A program made the translations under genes and the position numbers. From assembly GCA_963719495.1 (NCBI GenBank), contig CAVRCI010000013.1, forward strand, positions 288,001-352,000: a DNA stretch of 64,000 bases, given 5' to 3'. The notes beneath the pieces were generated by a model. It was not told the DNA's origin and searched no databases. It worked only from the letters and a program-made list of their open reading frames with translations. This stretch comes from an uncultured Verrucomicrobiae bacterium. GTDB lineage: Bacteria > Verrucomicrobiota > Verrucomicrobiia > Chthoniobacterales > JAATET01. Of the stretch, positions 62,624 through 64,000 are shown piece after piece (position 1 is the first letter of the stretch; each line of letters starts with the position of its first letter).

Positions 62624-62938
62624 TCACGCGGCGAGCGCTGCACAGCGCTCAATCTGTGGGCGGCTAGCTGCGTCTCGGGCTAGGCGGCGGAGGTCGTATT
62701 GGGATTGGGCGTTCATCCAGAATTGCGCGGTCATGCCGAAGTAAGTACCCAGACGGAGCGCGGTGTCGGGGGTGAGCGAGCGGGTGCCAGCCACGATTTG
62801 ACCGACAGCCGTGGGGCTGATTCCGATGTCTTTGGCGACTCGGTAGTTCGTGAGTCCCAACGGGACCATGAATTCTTCCTTGAGGATCTCGCCGGGAGTG
62901 ACCGGCGACAGCTTGGTGTCGGGTGCTTTGGTTTTCAT
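62624..62938 (-). CDS. higA: HigA antitoxin (XRE HTH)
   Basis: PGEILKEEF..PLG, TPDTALRL..YFG..AQFWMN.Q..YDL; start ATG 62938. Confidence 0.92.
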   Translation of the reverse strand: MKTKAPDTKLSPVTPGEILKEEFMVPLGLTNYRVAKDIGISPTAVGQIVAGTRSLTPDTALRLGTYFGMTAQFWMNAQSQYDLRRLARDAASRPQIERCAALAA

Positions 62939-62946
62939 TCTGTTGA

Positions 62947-63228
62947 TCAGTGGTAATCGACGATCTCGACTTCCGCCGGACCCGCGTCGGTCCAGCGAAA
63001 GCAGACGCGCCATTGTTGGTTGACTCGGATGCTGTGTTGCCCCTTGCGGTCACCTTTGAGCGCTTCGAGGCGGTTCCCGGGTGGCACTCGGAGGTCGTCG
63101 ACTGCCGCGGCGATATCGAGCATCACGAGCTTGCGCAGCATCATCGGCTGCAGATTCCCGGGTAGCTTGCGGGAGCGAGTTTCTCCGAAGATTTTTTTCG
63201 CCTCCTTGCACGCGAATCCTTGAATCAC
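62947..63228 (-). CDS. higB: HigB toxin (RelE/ParE superfamily)
   Basis: DLRVPPGNRLEALKGDRKGQHSIRVNQQWRVCF.W...EIVDYH. Confidence 0.95.
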   Translation of the reverse strand: MIQGFACKEAKKIFGETRSRKLPGNLQPMMLRKLVMLDIAAAVDDLRVPPGNRLEALKGDRKGQHSIRVNQQWRVCFRWTDAGPAEVEIVDYH

Positions 63229-63528
63229 GAGATACGTTAACGCGAAGCGTTAATATGGTCAACAACGATCATCACGCGCGGCGTTATTGTGGAGGGACTG
63301 CCGACGTCGCCTAGGAATTAAACGAATTCATGACGGTCGTGGCGGTGGCGGTCCGGCGGTCACCGAGCGACCATCGGCTGGAAGCCGATGCCACTTGATT
63401 GGGACGTTGCTGTTCAATCTCTAAGTCTGAATCTATTCGGGACGGTAGGGTGATGTCCCCCCGTCAAATTCGGGGAAATTGAATTTTTTAGCGTGTTTAG
63501 CGTGTTTAGCGGGCAAAATCAGGGGGGT

Positions 63529-64000
63529 TCAGCGCTCGGGGACTTCGATGATGGTTTCGGTATCGGGGGTTGGGGGGGCGTCCTGATTCTCGATCAAGTC
63601 CCAGATTTTGCGGAGGGTTTCCGGATTGATGGCGACTCGTTTGCTGGTGGTCGGCGCCGCTGGGGCGGGTTGGCGGGTGCTGGTTTCGATGGTTTCGCGG
63701 ATGCTGGCGAGTTGACGGACGACTTGGGTGACCGGGTCGTTTCCGTCGCCGCCTTGGACGAGGAGGTTGCGGGTGAAGGTCTTCTTAATGTCGTTCCAGC
63801 GCTGGCTGTCCTCGGGCGTGAGTTGGCCGAGGAGTTCGCGGAGTTTGAGGAGGTTGGACTCGGCTCCGGTGGTGAGGGTCTGGGCTTCGTTGCGGTAGTG
63901 GTCGGCGATGAGGTCGGTGAGTTCGGCGTCGTTCATGACGGGGACGACCTTTTCCGCCAGGCGGTTCAGGTTGCGGTAGCTACCTTGGAGGAGGAACGGG
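63529..64000 (-). CDS. C-terminal part of a large AAA-type protein (commonly annotated DNA repair ATPase); 5' partial
   Basis: Frame open to the window edge: PFLLQGSYRNLNRLAEKVVPVMND.EL..LI.DHY.NEAQTLTTGAE.NLLK. Confidence 0.6.
   Translation of the reverse strand, partial: PFLLQGSYRNLNRLAEKVVPVMNDAELTDLIADHYRNEAQTLTTGAESNLLKLRELLGQLTPEDSQRWNDIKKTFTRNLLVQGGDGNDPVTQVVRQLASIRETIETSTRQPAPAAPTTSKRVAINPETLRKIWDLIENQDAPPTPDTETIIEVPER

Noticed and set aside
63399..63512. GGGACG.../ATGTCCCC motifs and a TTTAGCGTG tandem as a closing site of the cassette array
   Set aside because: Similarity to the GGGGTC family is too weak to support by eye.

Overview
High-GC bacterial chromosomal window. A PEP-CTERM protein and the style of the dispersed repeats suggest Verrucomicrobiota, but this is an inference. 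It opens with a partial gmhB-like phosphatase and a minus-strand cellulose synthase operon (bcsA-B-Z-C). That operon is headed by two tandem ParA-type ATPases and a small membrane protein that resemble conjugative TraL/TraM rather than BcsQ/BcsR. Housekeeping and transport genes follow: PTS IIA, argS, corA, sufE/rhodanese, a hybrid kinase, MscS, MFS, ABC-F, carA, a MacAB-like exporter, pgm and a GH2. Two accessory regions stand out. At 20-27 kb there is an IS481, a RAYT-type HUH transposase inside a perfect 27-bp inverted repeat, a low-GC ClpP-like protease module bounded by the same repeats, a decapitated FG-GAP/PEP-CTERM gene and an ISAs1. At 48-63 kb there is a Fic gene, a C5 methyltransferase with a broken DUF4928-like partner, VapBC, a broken IS630, DUF3800 with a putative ncRNA, a second apparently identical IS481 and HigBA. 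GGGGTC(A/G)G-type repeats, usually with short tandem-duplication scars, punctuate both regions next to TA and defence-like modules, suggesting an HUH-transposase-driven cassette system. No CRISPR array, rRNA or tRNA was recognised. All family calls are by eye from motifs; no database search was run.
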